A DNA stretch of 43,830 nucleotides, taken from the IMG/VR virus record IMGVR_UViG_3300005817_000001. One strand, written 5' to 3'. The DNA comes from a virus. Below, piece by piece: positions 26,095-36,057 of the stretch. The notes under the pieces were generated by a model. The model searched no databases. It saw only the letters and a program-made list of their open reading frames with translations, and was not told the DNA's origin. The position numbers and the translations under genes were made by a program. The stretch's first letter is position 1; every line of letters starts with the position of its first letter.

Positions 26095-29000
26095 TTATCT
26101 CCTGCCCTTGCGCTGGCTTTCAAAGGCCAGGCTCACTAAATTGAAGGCCCCTTCAAGTCGTATACTAAACCACTTACCTACCCGAGTAAAGGGGAATTGC
26201 ACAAACCTACTGCCCATATCTGTGGCTACTGACGAGTCCAGATCAATTACATCTCCATCAATAGAACTTTCCAATACCAACTGTCCTGAAGGATCCTCAG
26301 CAAATTGAGCTACTATCTTACTACCAAAGGTAACTCCTAGTCTATAATCTCCCAATTTCCCATAAGTAATAGTAGATTGAGGATTGTCTCCAGTGAAGAA
26401 CGAACACTCATTCTCTGGTGTCACTGCCCCAGCCCGCATTCCATTATCTTGAATTGGCAGAATAGATTGGTCAGTACGATTGATAGGGGATAAGCTGAAT
26501 ACTCCTCTATGGGGATTTGAGTAATGCCCCCACTTCTCTAGTTGAGTGTCGAGTACTACAGCGTGTTCATATATCTGATAATACGGGGATATAGTGCCCT
26601 TCTGAAATTGCACATAGTTATCAGGGAAGGGTAGCTTAGGTGGGTATTCCCATTCATACCCTGGGTTTGGAATTATGTCATTGTTATATATAGGTCCTGT
26701 AATAGTAGGTACTGGATTAGCCGAGCCTTCTACAGGATTGGTGATTCGACTAAATACAGTAGGTGGCATTGGGCAGGATGTGGATGAGTGCCTACTATGG
26801 GTCTTGCGGAAGATTGATCCCCCTGCAGGAATATATCCCCATCCAGACAGCTCTGCATCATATATAGTGACTGGAACATCTCCACCAAACTCTGGTGGAA
26901 CTAGCTCTGTTCTAGCCCAGAGATTTCCTACCAATTTGAGGGTTCTGGCATTTGGGTCTGGAGTTCCAAATTGGGCATAGATCGCATCACGTTCGGCTGT
27001 AGTCCACTCTCCATACGTCTCCTCTAGGGTAACTATATCTGCATAGGCTTGTATGGCTAGCGGATCATTAATATCATAAGACGCGCTCCAGTCACCTGAT
27101 GTACTATTAGTCGACGCCACATATTGATTGCTTCCATTGATATCAGTACCGATAGGCTTTATCAGTGGTAAGGCGGACCAGAATAGTCCAGTACCTCCTA
27201 AAGCCATCTCATCCCATCCAGGCACTTGTTGGAAGAGCATACCAGATACAGGCTTAAGTTTAGCCACGTTGCCGTCTACCATAGTACCTGATTGCCCAGT
27301 CTCAAAGTAGTCTATAATGCTTTGAGCAGAGCCTGCTATTATGCACTGAGGACGGAATCTAGCTACCCACACGGCTAATAATTGGGCTTCCTGTGTAGTT
27401 GTAGTATAGGTATACCCTCCTGCGTTAACTGGTAGATTGTCTTGATGCGGAGCTACCTGAGCTTGATAGTCTGCAAAAGCCTGTTTATCCTCCTCACTAA
27501 ATGTCCAGCCTAGATATACTTTTGGCCGATTAATAATAATCGTCTCAGTGCCATTAACTCCTGCTCCTCCTGACCCTGAGTAAGACCAGGATAGATTTCG
27601 AGTAATAGCCTCTGAAGAGAAGAAGGCATATTGCTTACCACCTTCTACTCGCTCTTCTCCTGAGAACTTATAAGTAATCTCTAGGTCCTCTTTAGCCTCT
27701 ACCAGCATACGCATACGACATTCGTTAGCTTCTACTTTAAGGCGGTTGGAGCGCACAAAATCAAAAATCCTAGTCTTACGCAACTCTTCTTCTGGTCTAG
27801 CTAGTACTGTACCTGAGGGAATATGATTGTATATAGCAGGCAGGGGGACTGACTCTTCTACTACTACTAGATTGTCATGAATGGCATCCATCCAAGCCTG
27901 CTCGTAAGCAAGATGCTTATTGTATTGAGCTATAGCAGAGTTGAATACTTCTATGGCTTCTGCTCCAGCTTTATCTATCCTCTTGGAGGTGAGACTGTAA
28001 CTATTGACTGTTACTACTGCATCTATCTCATAGGGTTCTACATTGAATTGCATCCCAGAGGCTAGTTGAGAGGTGATGTCTATGTTCCCTTGCTCCAACG
28101 GAGAGAAGGTAGTATTAGCCCAAGTAGAATCAAACTCACTAATGTCGTAGCAGGGCATCAGTATTGCTTGTCCGGGAATACTGCCAAGAGTTACTCCAGG
28201 CTCTAATGCGTAATCTGCAAAGCTGTTTCTAGGGAGGCCATCAGTCCCAACTATAATGGCATCAATCCACTGGGATGTCCCAGGAGTAGTAATGACCTCA
28301 GGGAAGGCATAAAAGCCATTACCATCAAAGTCTTTTAATTTTCCTACATTCTTTGCATATACGCTTGGAGTGTAGTTATTGGCAGCATGAATCAGCAGAT
28401 ACCGGGAGTCCACTAAGCTTAGGGCATAAAGAATATTATTCTTTCTAATGTAATCCATCACCTCAGGTTCAACAAATTCTGGATTGCCATTAGATATTAC
28501 ACATAGCCCGCCAGATGTGATAGCGTAATGGACTGTATCAGGCTGGCCCATAGCTACTTGAATATCGAATACTACGCCAACATCCGAGAATATAGCTCTA
28601 CCACTCCATTTCTCCGGACTACCACTAAGGGGAACTACCAAAGTGATGGACTTAGTAGCATAGATAATAAAGCCATTCCCATGCTGCTTAATTAATACTA
28701 TCTCCCCTACCACATCTGCAAAGGTAGTGACCCCGGCAAAGTTAGTAGTAGAGGGTTTGAAATCATAGATTTGAGTAGCAGAGGACCAAGCTACTGCGCC
28801 TTCACTATCCCAAAAACCTAGACGATTAGCCGCTTTAAACAGCCCGATCTGCCCGGACATATTAATAAAGTTAGGGGTATATTTTAGCAGCCCGATGCCT
28901 ATGTCGGTATTACTCCACACTTGGGTAATAGTAGCCCCTACAATGGCCTCTGGAATTGTAGTCTCTGCATAGGTGGCCAAATCTACTAACCCAAAGAACT

Positions 29001-29448
29001 CTGATGACCCCTGTTGGTATAAATATATGACATTAGAAATTACACAGTATGTCCATAGCCTGCGTACTCCTAGCTGCTCTGTAGCAGAGTAGTCTACAAT
29101 ATGTAGCCAATTAAAGCTGGCTACCTCATTAGTGGCATTGCATACATATAGCCCATCCTCACATAGGGCTAAAAAGATACTAGACATTAAGGGAGTCTGA
29201 GCTACTAACATCTGCTGTACTTTCTTGTCAGCCAGTTGCGGCCCAGTAGTAAACTTAGTATGCTCAGCGAAGAACGACCTATAGCCTAGTGCAGTGGGCA
29301 ACACATTCTGCCCATCATAGGCTAGAATAGGAAAGGCCCCTTCCGGGTAGTCTTCTCGCGTAGTATGGCCTAAGTTGACAGGCATTCCATCTCGATCCAG
29401 AATTATCATAGACCGATTGGTCTGGATTAGGTGCGAATTAGAACTCAT
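26095..29448 (-). CDS. Large tail protein (1117 aa), tail tubular B / nozzle-like by position
   Basis: Large beta-rich protein directly upstream of three internal virion protein genes, matching the T7-supergroup order; AAGGAG RBS. No catalytic motif recognised. Confidence 0.45.
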   Translation of the reverse strand: MSSNSHLIQTNRSMIILDRDGMPVNLGHTTREDYPEGAFPILAYDGQNVLPTALGYRSFFAEHTKFTTGPQLADKKVQQMLVAQTPLMSSIFLALCEDGLYVCNATNEVASFNWLHIVDYSATEQLGVRRLWTYCVISNVIYLYQQGSSEFFGLVDLATYAETTIPEAIVGATITQVWSNTDIGIGLLKYTPNFINMSGQIGLFKAANRLGFWDSEGAVAWSSATQIYDFKPSTTNFAGVTTFADVVGEIVLIKQHGNGFIIYATKSITLVVPLSGSPEKWSGRAIFSDVGVVFDIQVAMGQPDTVHYAITSGGLCVISNGNPEFVEPEVMDYIRKNNILYALSLVDSRYLLIHAANNYTPSVYAKNVGKLKDFDGNGFYAFPEVITTPGTSQWIDAIIVGTDGLPRNSFADYALEPGVTLGSIPGQAILMPCYDISEFDSTWANTTFSPLEQGNIDITSQLASGMQFNVEPYEIDAVVTVNSYSLTSKRIDKAGAEAIEVFNSAIAQYNKHLAYEQAWMDAIHDNLVVVEESVPLPAIYNHIPSGTVLARPEEELRKTRIFDFVRSNRLKVEANECRMRMLVEAKEDLEITYKFSGEERVEGGKQYAFFSSEAITRNLSWSYSGSGGAGVNGTETIIINRPKVYLGWTFSEEDKQAFADYQAQVAPHQDNLPVNAGGYTYTTTTQEAQLLAVWVARFRPQCIIAGSAQSIIDYFETGQSGTMVDGNVAKLKPVSGMLFQQVPGWDEMALGGTGLFWSALPLIKPIGTDINGSNQYVASTNSTSGDWSASYDINDPLAIQAYADIVTLEETYGEWTTAERDAIYAQFGTPDPNARTLKLVGNLWARTELVPPEFGGDVPVTIYDAELSGWGYIPAGGSIFRKTHSRHSSTSCPMPPTVFSRITNPVEGSANPVPTITGPIYNNDIIPNPGYEWEYPPKLPFPDNYVQFQKGTISPYYQIYEHAVVLDTQLEKWGHYSNPHRGVFSLSPINRTDQSILPIQDNGMRAGAVTPENECSFFTGDNPQSTITYGKLGDYRLGVTFGSKIVAQFAEDPSGQLVLESSIDGDVIDLDSSVATDMGSRFVQFPFTRVGKWFSIRLEGAFNLVSLAFESQRKGRR

Positions 29449-29459
29449 TTATATTCTCC

Positions 29460-29828
29460 TTAACTTACTACGTAAGTACCCAGATTGGTCATCTGCTGCC
29501 ATTTCTGTAGCAGATTTATAACTGCTCTGCCTCCAGTAGATTGGAAATGTACAGCTATCGCCTTAGGTACTATTAACTCGTAAGCCACATTGGCCAAGGC
29601 ATAGAATCCAGGCCCCTGAAAATTGCCATTTAAGATTGCCCCAGAGAATAGGATTTTACAATCCACGTTTGACCAGAAGCTAATAAGGTTAACATCCTCT
29701 GGTAAATTAAGAGCATAGTCAGCTGTTAGCGTGTAGAATCCTAATGGCCGCACTGCAGCTAGTGGAATATCTCTTCCCTCTGCTGTGGCGATAACATATA
29801 CATCATCTGGTACTGGGTTGAGAGCCAT
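29460..29828 (-). CDS. Small beta-rich virion protein (122 aa), tail tubular A-like by position
   Basis: Precedes the 1117-aa gene; GGAG RBS; overlaps the o-spanin 3' end by 26 nt. Confidence 0.35.
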   Translation of the reverse strand: MALNPVPDDVYVIATAEGRDIPLAAVRPLGFYTLTADYALNLPEDVNLISFWSNVDCKILFSGAILNGNFQGPGFYALANVAYELIVPKAIAVHFQSTGGRAVINLLQKWQQMTNLGTYVVS

Positions 29829-30063
29829 CTTGATACTCCATTCTAATACTTTCTAAGCGAGCATTACAACTGGTACCTAATAGAATATAATCCTTCCAAT
29901 AGGCTTCCATGTAATCCTCATAAGTTGTAGGTTCTGGACGAAGGGTAAAGGGCTTTAGCAGGTAGTCGGAAGGCGCCTCCCGTATATACCTATCTACGTA
30001 AACTATTCTCTCGCAACCTGTTAACAAGATCAGTAGGAGGAAGCAGATCAAGACACTTCGCAT
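29803..30063 (-). CDS. o-spanin (Rz1-like outer-membrane lipoprotein)
   Basis: Signal peptide with the lipobox LLTGC; Pro-rich mature part; the gene starts inside the 3' end of the i-spanin gene (74-nt overlap). Confidence 0.75.
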   Translation of the reverse strand: MRSVLICFLLLILLTGCERIVYVDRYIREAPSDYLLKPFTLRPEPTTYEDYMEAYWKDYILLGTSCNARLESIRMEYQDGSQPSTR

Positions 30064-30340
30064 TTTCTGTATCCCTTAGACGATAACCTCGTATGATACC
30101 AGTAGCATTACTAGTAAGCTCCTGAACATAGGTGGTCATGCTATTATAGGCATCAGCAGCGCCAGCCTTTCTGGCATTGCTAGCTATTAAATCCTTATTG
30201 CTCTCTTCTAGGCGGCTAATTTCGCTGTTCTTCTGTTCCAGCAAAAGGTTAGCAGATTCTAACCTAGCTGACGTCCAGAGTCCATACGAAAAAAGCCCCA
30301 CTATAAGCAAGCCAATAGCTGCATATAGATAGGGCTTCAT
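29990..30340 (-). CDS. i-spanin (Rz-like)
   Basis: N-terminal TM helix YAAIGLLIVGLFSYGLW followed by coiled-coil-like sequence; immediately follows the endolysin gene. Confidence 0.75.
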   Translation of the reverse strand: MKPYLYAAIGLLIVGLFSYGLWTSARLESANLLLEQKNSEISRLEESNKDLIASNARKAGAADAYNSMTTYVQELTSNATGIIRGYRLRDTENAKCLDLLPPTDLVNRLRENSLRR

Positions 30341-30341
30341 A

Positions 30342-30695
30342 TCACTTCACTCCATTGTGTTCTAGGCTGAAATGATTTCCATCCACCCTAGTTTTAAAAT
30401 CTCCACCCCAGCAGCATAGAGGGTGCATTGTTTTCCACTTATCTCCTAGCCGTTTATAATCTTCTGATTTATCCTTGTACTCGTAGTTCTCACCTTCGTA
30501 GAGGATCAAATCTCCGGCTAGCCCTACTAGATGATTAGAGTTAGAGATGCCCGCTCCAGACTTGGCATTAGCATTGGCTTCAGCTTGGGTTCTTTTTACC
30601 TGATCTATTGCTACGTACATTCCCTGAGCGTGCGCCCATACTATGAGTTCGGCAAACAGTCGGGAAAATAGTGCCCGCTTCTGGCTCAGCTTCAT
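30342..30695 (-). CDS. Endolysin, zinc peptidase M15 family (VanY / L-alanyl-D-glutamate peptidase-like)
   Basis: H-x6-D (HLVGLAGD) and D-x2-H (DGNH) zinc ligands. Start set to the MKLSQ ATG at 30695 with GAGGG 7 nt upstream. Confidence 0.8.
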   Translation of the reverse strand: MKLSQKRALFSRLFAELIVWAHAQGMYVAIDQVKRTQAEANANAKSGAGISNSNHLVGLAGDLILYEGENYEYKDKSEDYKRLGDKWKTMHPLCCWGGDFKTRVDGNHFSLEHNGVK

Positions 30696-30999
30696 CACAA
30701 CGCCCTCTATAGAGATTAGATACTGCATATAGCAGAGTGCATAGGGTTGCAGATACTAATAGGATTAAGATTGGAGTATCTATAGGAACTAGCTGAATAT
30801 AGGGATTACCCCATTTCATTACTAGTCCATGAGTTGCTACTAGGCTCCAGGCCAAAGAGATGAATATAGCCATCATTGCCGGCTTATGATCTCTTGGGTA
30901 AGGACAATCTACGCAGTGTTTGAACCTCCTCAATGATATGATTATGAAGACTACTGAGGTTATTAGTAGTACGATGTACGATGCTACTGAAGGGTTCAT
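30580..30999 (-). CDS. Membrane protein with three predicted TM helices (second holin / antiholin candidate); its 3' tail overlaps the endolysin gene out of frame
   Basis: TM stretches YIVLLITSVVFIIISL, MMAIFISLAWSLVATHGLV and ILILLVSATLCTLLYAV. TAATG coupling to the upstream holin-like gene. Confidence 0.55.
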   Translation of the reverse strand: MNPSVASYIVLLITSVVFIIISLRRFKHCVDCPYPRDHKPAMMAIFISLAWSLVATHGLVMKWGNPYIQLVPIDTPILILLVSATLCTLLYAVSNLYRGRCDEAEPEAGTIFPTVCRTHSMGARSGNVRSNRSGKKNPS

Positions 31000-31367
31000 T
31001 AGCCATCATCTCCATTCTTCTTTTCAGGGCGGTATCTATTAAGCAGGTCCCTCAACAATGCTAGAGGATCAACTTTCATCTGCTCAAATAGTTTAATTAA
31101 GATCTCTAGGATATCCTTAGCAAAGAATGCCCCAACGGCTACCAGAGCAGTAACCAATCCTTTGCTAGTAATACCAGTCAAGGCGTCTGTAGCAAACTCT
31201 AAGATCAACTGATAAGTAGCCAGTACTACCAGAAGCCCCCAGAGTATAGAGCCAAATAGCAGCTTCAGTGTTGGTGGATCTTTAGTTATCATGAATCTAG
31301 CCCCAGCTGCTATTAGCACCAATACCAAATAACTTATTGGAACCCCTAGCATTTCCGATAAAGTCAT
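30999..31367 (-). CDS. Holin-like membrane protein (three TM helices, charged C-terminus)
   Basis: Start set to the ATG at 31367, 8 nt after AAGGAG. C-terminal RYRPEKKNGDDG. First gene of the lysis cassette. Confidence 0.6.
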   Translation of the reverse strand: MTLSEMLGVPISYLVLVLIAAGARFMITKDPPTLKLLFGSILWGLLVVLATYQLILEFATDALTGITSKGLVTALVAVGAFFAKDILEILIKLFEQMKVDPLALLRDLLNRYRPEKKNGDDG

Positions 31368-31431
31368 TGGTATCACTCCTTATTGTTTGAGTATAAGATA
31401 GATCCCCCTCTAATGTTTTCTGATGGAGTAA

Positions 31432-31887
31432 CTATTCGAAAGAGTATATTTTTTCCCCTTGATACGCAGGGTTGTAGGGAGGCCATACTAAAGCAGTACT
31501 TCCAGCGTGTGGACCTGAGGTCACTGCATAGGGAGCCCCTTGAAGGTCTGAAGTAGGGTACGTGTCAGTTTTCCATGAACTGGTAAACGTATCATAGTAC
31601 GTAATCTTCATCTTAGTAAAAGGTAGAGTAGCTAAAGTGTAGGAGCCCTTAATATATAGAGTTATACCATACTGCGTTGTGACTTCGTCTTGTTGATAGT
31701 TCAAGTAATTGATCTGACCATTTGCATTGGCTATATTGGTTGTTTGATCCACATTACCGTATGTAGGGGTTATGCTACCTATCCCTGCCATCCTATCGTA
31801 CCGCCATGAAGACCCAGAACTAGCCGTAGTTATTTTCATCTCATACTCAGAGACCCCTTTTGGAAACCCAGCAATTGCGGCCATCAT
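31432..31887 (-). CDS. hypothetical beta-rich protein (151 aa) downstream of the tail fibre gene (fibre accessory or receptor-binding candidate)
   Basis: Start set to the ATG that forms an ATGA overlap with the tail fibre stop. Confidence 0.5.
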   Translation of the reverse strand: MMAAIAGFPKGVSEYEMKITTASSGSSWRYDRMAGIGSITPTYGNVDQTTNIANANGQINYLNYQQDEVTTQYGITLYIKGSYTLATLPFTKMKITYYDTFTSSWKTDTYPTSDLQGAPYAVTSGPHAGSTALVWPPYNPAYQGEKIYSFE

Positions 31888-33632
31888 GCTGCCACCGTCT
31901 GACCTATTAGGTCCCATACGTTTGTGTCTACTTTCTTTAGTACCGCTGTCATCCTTGCCGCTAGTACTAAAGTCCCATTAGCTGGAGCATGTATAGCAAC
32001 TCCACTAGCAGCCGCTATAGTAATGATACCATCAGCTCTGATGGTAATCTCTGTTCCCAATTCAAAAGCTACCGACGCATTAGTTGGGACAGTCAGGGTA
32101 ATAGCACTAGAAGTCACTGACCGCACATAATTCCAAGCATCTGTCAAGGCTAATGTGCGGGTAGTAGCAGTAAATACAACAGATGACTTGTCCTGCTTAG
32201 TGGCAGGGGTGAAGTTGCCGGTGTGGAATAGCTCGCGCCACGCGGTGGCGCCGATAGTTCGGAGAAAGCTGCGAGAACCATCCGAGGTTTGCAGCCGCTG
32301 TACCTTAGAGCCCGTAAAGCTAAGTTCTGAGTCAGTTTCCAGCCAGCCAGCGCCCTCCATACCTGCGGGTACGTTAGCTGCTGTTGAAAGGTTCACAATG
32401 GACAGCCCCATAGGGGCAGAATCGGCATCTGTAACTACGTGTCGGGAACCCAACCCAAACAACCCCATTGCCGCTCGCACGAACGCCGTAGTAGCTATAC
32501 TTGTATCATTGTCTGTGGCTGCCGCAGTAGGCGCTGTAGGGTTGCCTGTAAATACGGGACTATCTTTAGGTGCATAGACACTTAAATCGGGCTTATTACT
32601 TAAATCAGCATAAGACCCACTACTAGCCACCAGCGCTAATGCTAAGGTGTTCTGCATAGCCGCAGCATTAGCATCATCCAATAACGTACGAGCAAATGCT
32701 GTAAGAGGGGTAGTTCCTAGAGTCACTGCGCCAGTAGCATATACAAGAGTATCAGCAGCTAAAGTTAGATTCGACCAAGCCTGAAGAATAGCATGTAGAG
32801 TAAGAGTTACTGTATTAGTCTCCTGACTCCAAGTAAGTCCGGCACTACTGAGTAGGCTCCTAAATGGTAGATCGACTCCATTCTTTGGAGCTACTAGGCT
32901 AACTCCAGTTCCTAGACTACTTGCAGTGTTAGCTTCTCCAGATGCAGTGCTTCCACCAGCAGAAGCGATTACTATTTCGCCCTGAGCATTTACGCTAAGA
33001 GTTACATTATCGCCGGCTCTTAGAGTTCTAAAATCTAAATTGGTTCCAGTCTTTCCGGAGAATAGGGGAGTACCAGTTCCTACGTTAGAGGCATTCTGAA
33101 TGGCAGTAGCTAGCGGACTTAGATCAGGCTTATTGATTAGATCTGCATAGTTGCCGCTAAGCCCTACAGGAGCAATGTCAGCAGCATCCAAATAGCCAGC
33201 ATCATTAATAAAGGCGCTTACGTTAGTAGGTACTGTAGGGATAGTAGGCTTGTTTAGAATCTGAGCTACACCAGTGATAGCATCCCAATCACTATTAACT
33301 TGAGCTGCAGGAATTACCGGCTTCTCTATCAAATCATTATAGGAACCGCTAGTGGCTACTGCAGCTAGAACAGGGGTGCCCGTAAGGTCTGCGTAAGCCC
33401 CACTAGTAGCTACTGCGGCTAATACTGGAGCACCAACAAGATCAGAGTAGTTGCCAGAGAATAGGACAGGCTTACCAGTCAAATCCTCATAAGCCCCAGA
33501 AAAGCCTTGGTAGTCTATTGGTATATTACCAGTAGGGTCTGGAAGAAACTCGACTCCATTAAAGGTAATCTTATTTACTGTACCAGTCCCGCCGCCAGTA
33601 CTAGGAGGAGTAATAGGAGTCGAGTAATTCAT
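31884..33632 (-). CDS. Tail fibre protein (582 aa)
   Basis: Repeated G-x-Y-x-D-L-x-x-K-P motifs (SGAYEDLTGKP, SGNYSDLVGAP, SGAYADLTGTP, SGSYNDLIEKP, SGNYADLINKP, SGSYADLSNKP) and a DNDTSIATTAFV motif, both typical of phage tail fibres. Confidence 0.8.
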   Translation of the reverse strand: MNYSTPITPPSTGGGTGTVNKITFNGVEFLPDPTGNIPIDYQGFSGAYEDLTGKPVLFSGNYSDLVGAPVLAAVATSGAYADLTGTPVLAAVATSGSYNDLIEKPVIPAAQVNSDWDAITGVAQILNKPTIPTVPTNVSAFINDAGYLDAADIAPVGLSGNYADLINKPDLSPLATAIQNASNVGTGTPLFSGKTGTNLDFRTLRAGDNVTLSVNAQGEIVIASAGGSTASGEANTASSLGTGVSLVAPKNGVDLPFRSLLSSAGLTWSQETNTVTLTLHAILQAWSNLTLAADTLVYATGAVTLGTTPLTAFARTLLDDANAAAMQNTLALALVASSGSYADLSNKPDLSVYAPKDSPVFTGNPTAPTAAATDNDTSIATTAFVRAAMGLFGLGSRHVVTDADSAPMGLSIVNLSTAANVPAGMEGAGWLETDSELSFTGSKVQRLQTSDGSRSFLRTIGATAWRELFHTGNFTPATKQDKSSVVFTATTRTLALTDAWNYVRSVTSSAITLTVPTNASVAFELGTEITIRADGIITIAAASGVAIHAPANGTLVLAARMTAVLKKVDTNVWDLIGQTVAA

Positions 33633-34211
33633 TTAAAGCTCCTCAGAATCTGCTCTCATTTTACGGAATTCAGCAAGCAGGCGCTCGAACATAGACTGAT
33701 AGTCACCATAAGAAGTATCATCACCAGTAGCTTTAAATACATCAGCAGCTACACCAGTGATAATCAAAGTCTCTTGTTGCTCTATTAGCCAGTGCGTATC
33801 TGCTTCAGTTAGCCATGGAGTATGTTGGTAGTAGCCAATACGAGCACTAGGCCCTGCATACTGGACATTAAGAATCAGGTTATTACCACTGCGATAGTAG
33901 CATCCCTTAAAAGCGCAACCCTCAGAGGTTAAAGCATTCCGAGGCTTAATGGCTTTAAGAGGACGATCTGCTACAGTTACATACTCTATCTTACGTACAG
34001 CTGGATAGCCTTCAGGTAGAGTAAGTGGCAGAGTAATAGCGTATAGATCAGGAGTCGGATTGGTTAAGGATACTTCTATCAAATCTTCTGGAAAGTCTGC
34101 ATTATTGCAAATGCGACTAATTACAGTGTTGACAGAGGTAAGCGCCCGGCTCCTTGCATCCGGGCGCTTAGTAATATCCTCTACTTTATTTAGTAGAAGA
34201 CTTATTGACAT
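33633..34211 (-). CDS. Head-tail adaptor / gp11-size protein (192 aa), assigned by position only
   Basis: Lies between the capsid block and the tail fibre; its size is close to T7 gp11. Confidence 0.35.
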   Translation of the reverse strand: MSISLLLNKVEDITKRPDARSRALTSVNTVISRICNNADFPEDLIEVSLTNPTPDLYAITLPLTLPEGYPAVRKIEYVTVADRPLKAIKPRNALTSEGCAFKGCYYRSGNNLILNVQYAGPSARIGYYQHTPWLTEADTHWLIEQQETLIITGVAADVFKATGDDTSYGDYQSMFERLLAEFRKMRADSEEL

Positions 34212-34710
34212 AGGCGAGGCCTCGCTCTACCAGACTGTCCAGTTCCTTGATGGCTGCCTTATCCACATCAGCGGGATAGAAGAAGCCGCGATTAGTAGGA
34301 ATGCCTTTAACCCGCTTACCCTTGTCACCTTTTACGGTGCCGGCATTCATACTGTAGTAACCATTTTGAGTCTCAGGTACTACGAGGCTTTCCATAGCAG
34401 GATCCAGCTTAAAGCCAGAAGTGCTGTTATTAGCGCCAGTATGAATAGCGCCAGCAGTCTGCTTAGCGGCATTGAGTTGGGTAGTAGCAGCTACCAAATC
34501 CTGCTGCTGTTGTACATCGCCAGGAACTGCTACGCCATCTGCTGCATCCAGCTTAGGCTGAGTAGCAGCCGCAGTCTTGTCTTCAGCCTGCTCTTTAGGA
34601 GTAGGGGACTGATTACCAAAGAGGCGAGGAGCTACGCCTTTATCATTGGTTTGCTTAGCCTCAGTATCCACAGGCTTAGTAGTTTCGTTATTAGGCTTAT
34701 CAGTTGACAT
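34186..34710 (-). CDS. hypothetical virion-associated protein (174 aa), low-complexity N-terminal half
   Basis: Start trimmed to the ATG at 34710 with an AGGAGG RBS (34719-34724). The track start at 34761 lies inside the capsid terminator. Confidence 0.6.
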   Translation of the reverse strand: MSTDKPNNETTKPVDTEAKQTNDKGVAPRLFGNQSPTPKEQAEDKTAAATQPKLDAADGVAVPGDVQQQQDLVAATTQLNAAKQTAGAIHTGANNSTSGFKLDPAMESLVVPETQNGYYSMNAGTVKGDKGKRVKGIPTNRGFFYPADVDKAAIKELDSLVERGLAYVNKSSTK

Positions 34711-34730
34711 TGTGTAACCTCCTACTGGAC

Positions 34731-34782
34731 AAATAAAAAAGCCCCTATGACCCCAGGCCACTCACCGAGAATCATAGAGGCT
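34731..34782 (-). terminator. Rho-independent terminator or attenuator after the major capsid gene
   Basis: On the - strand, GCCTCTATGA...TCATAGGGGC is followed by TTTTTTATTT. Confidence 0.7.
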
Positions 34783-34809
34783 GTCTAACGATGGACTAAC
34801 TAGTGAAGC

Positions 34810-36042
34810 TTACGGAGTTACAGTCTGAGTAAGCTGTACTCGCTTGGCAGCAGCGGTGAGGCCGGTAATTACGAAGTTAGCCGGTGGGTTAACCATCTCC
34901 AGAGCGAACTCAGTAGTCAGACTACCCCCCTGAGCATCTACGCCGTCACCCATAGAGTTACTACCGCCAACTCCGTAGTTCTCAGCCTTCTGCTTACGAT
35001 CACCCAGGTAGGCCATACGAATACCCGGCAGGTCTACGCCTACTGCAATACCAGGCTGTACGTTAAGACCGTTAAAGAGCGGATGCTCAATAAGGTTCAT
35101 TACGCCATGGCGAGTACGGAAGCTGGTGAATACCATACCGTACGAGGTTTCAGACTGGGTTGCAGTACGCTCGCCATATTCTTCACCAATACCAACCAGA
35201 ACATCCATGGCCAGACTATCACAGAATACAGCACGAGTACGGGATTCGCCCAAACTAGTCTGATTCTGGAATGCAGTATTGGTATACTCGCGCAGGTCTT
35301 CATAGCTAGTAGTAGCACCAGCAACGTGGACGTTCTCAGGAGCATACTGACGAATGGCGTCAATGATGCCCTGAGTAGTGTGCAGCGGCTGACCATTGTA
35401 GACTGACATATGCGCCTGGCCCCAGAACAGAGCAGACTCAATATCAGTAGCGTGGAAGTTCATGCAGTCCTGCTTAGACTCAGCAATGTTGCTATAACCT
35501 TGCTCAGCGTAAGAGGCCCTGGCAGTATCAGTAAGTGCCCAAGCGTTACGGAAGATCTGAGTAAAGTTGCTAGCGTACACTGCTTGGATGCTACGAGCAG
35601 TAGGACGTGGAGAACCTTCTTCATGTGCGTTACCAACTACTACCAGTACTGCAGCATCTGCAATAGCGGCGGCAGCAATACGGCCTACTGCACGAGTTAC
35701 AGTAACAGAAGTAGCAGATACTACAGAGATGATACGAATGTTCTCGCCAGTAGTGGCATTGTGAACGATCATACCAGCTACGATACCCTGAGTATCAGTA
35801 ACAGTCAGAGTAGTATCAGTAGACAGTGCAGCAGCAGCCATAGTGATACGGCTGAACTCCATAGTCTTGGTGAAGTAACCATGGGTAGTGGCTTTAGCCT
35901 GACCATCCTTCAGCATAGAAGTCATGCCGAACAGAGGAGCAGTACCACCAGGGAAGCGACGCAGCATAGTACCTGCGAAAGAACGACTGTTCAGTTCCGG
36001 CGGGTTCTTAGTAGCGTTAAAGATACCGGCATAAATCGACAT
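34810..36042 (-). CDS. Major capsid protein (410 aa)
   Basis: Follows the scaffold gene; size fits; AGGAG RBS; strongly biased high-expression codon usage; terminator downstream. Confidence 0.8.
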   Translation of the reverse strand: MSIYAGIFNATKNPPELNSRSFAGTMLRRFPGGTAPLFGMTSMLKDGQAKATTHGYFTKTMEFSRITMAAAALSTDTTLTVTDTQGIVAGMIVHNATTGENIRIISVVSATSVTVTRAVGRIAAAAIADAAVLVVVGNAHEEGSPRPTARSIQAVYASNFTQIFRNAWALTDTARASYAEQGYSNIAESKQDCMNFHATDIESALFWGQAHMSVYNGQPLHTTQGIIDAIRQYAPENVHVAGATTSYEDLREYTNTAFQNQTSLGESRTRAVFCDSLAMDVLVGIGEEYGERTATQSETSYGMVFTSFRTRHGVMNLIEHPLFNGLNVQPGIAVGVDLPGIRMAYLGDRKQKAENYGVGGSNSMGDGVDAQGGSLTTEFALEMVNPPANFVITGLTAAAKRVQLTQTVTP

Positions 36043-36057
36043 AGTTGATACTCCTAA

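Noticed and set aside
33300-33500. Tandem ~45-nt duplication inside the tail fibre gene (PVLAAVATSG[AS]Y.DL repeated)
   Set aside because: This is an ordinary internal repeat of the well-known tail-fibre G-x-Y-x-D-L-x-x-K-P motif, not a separate feature.
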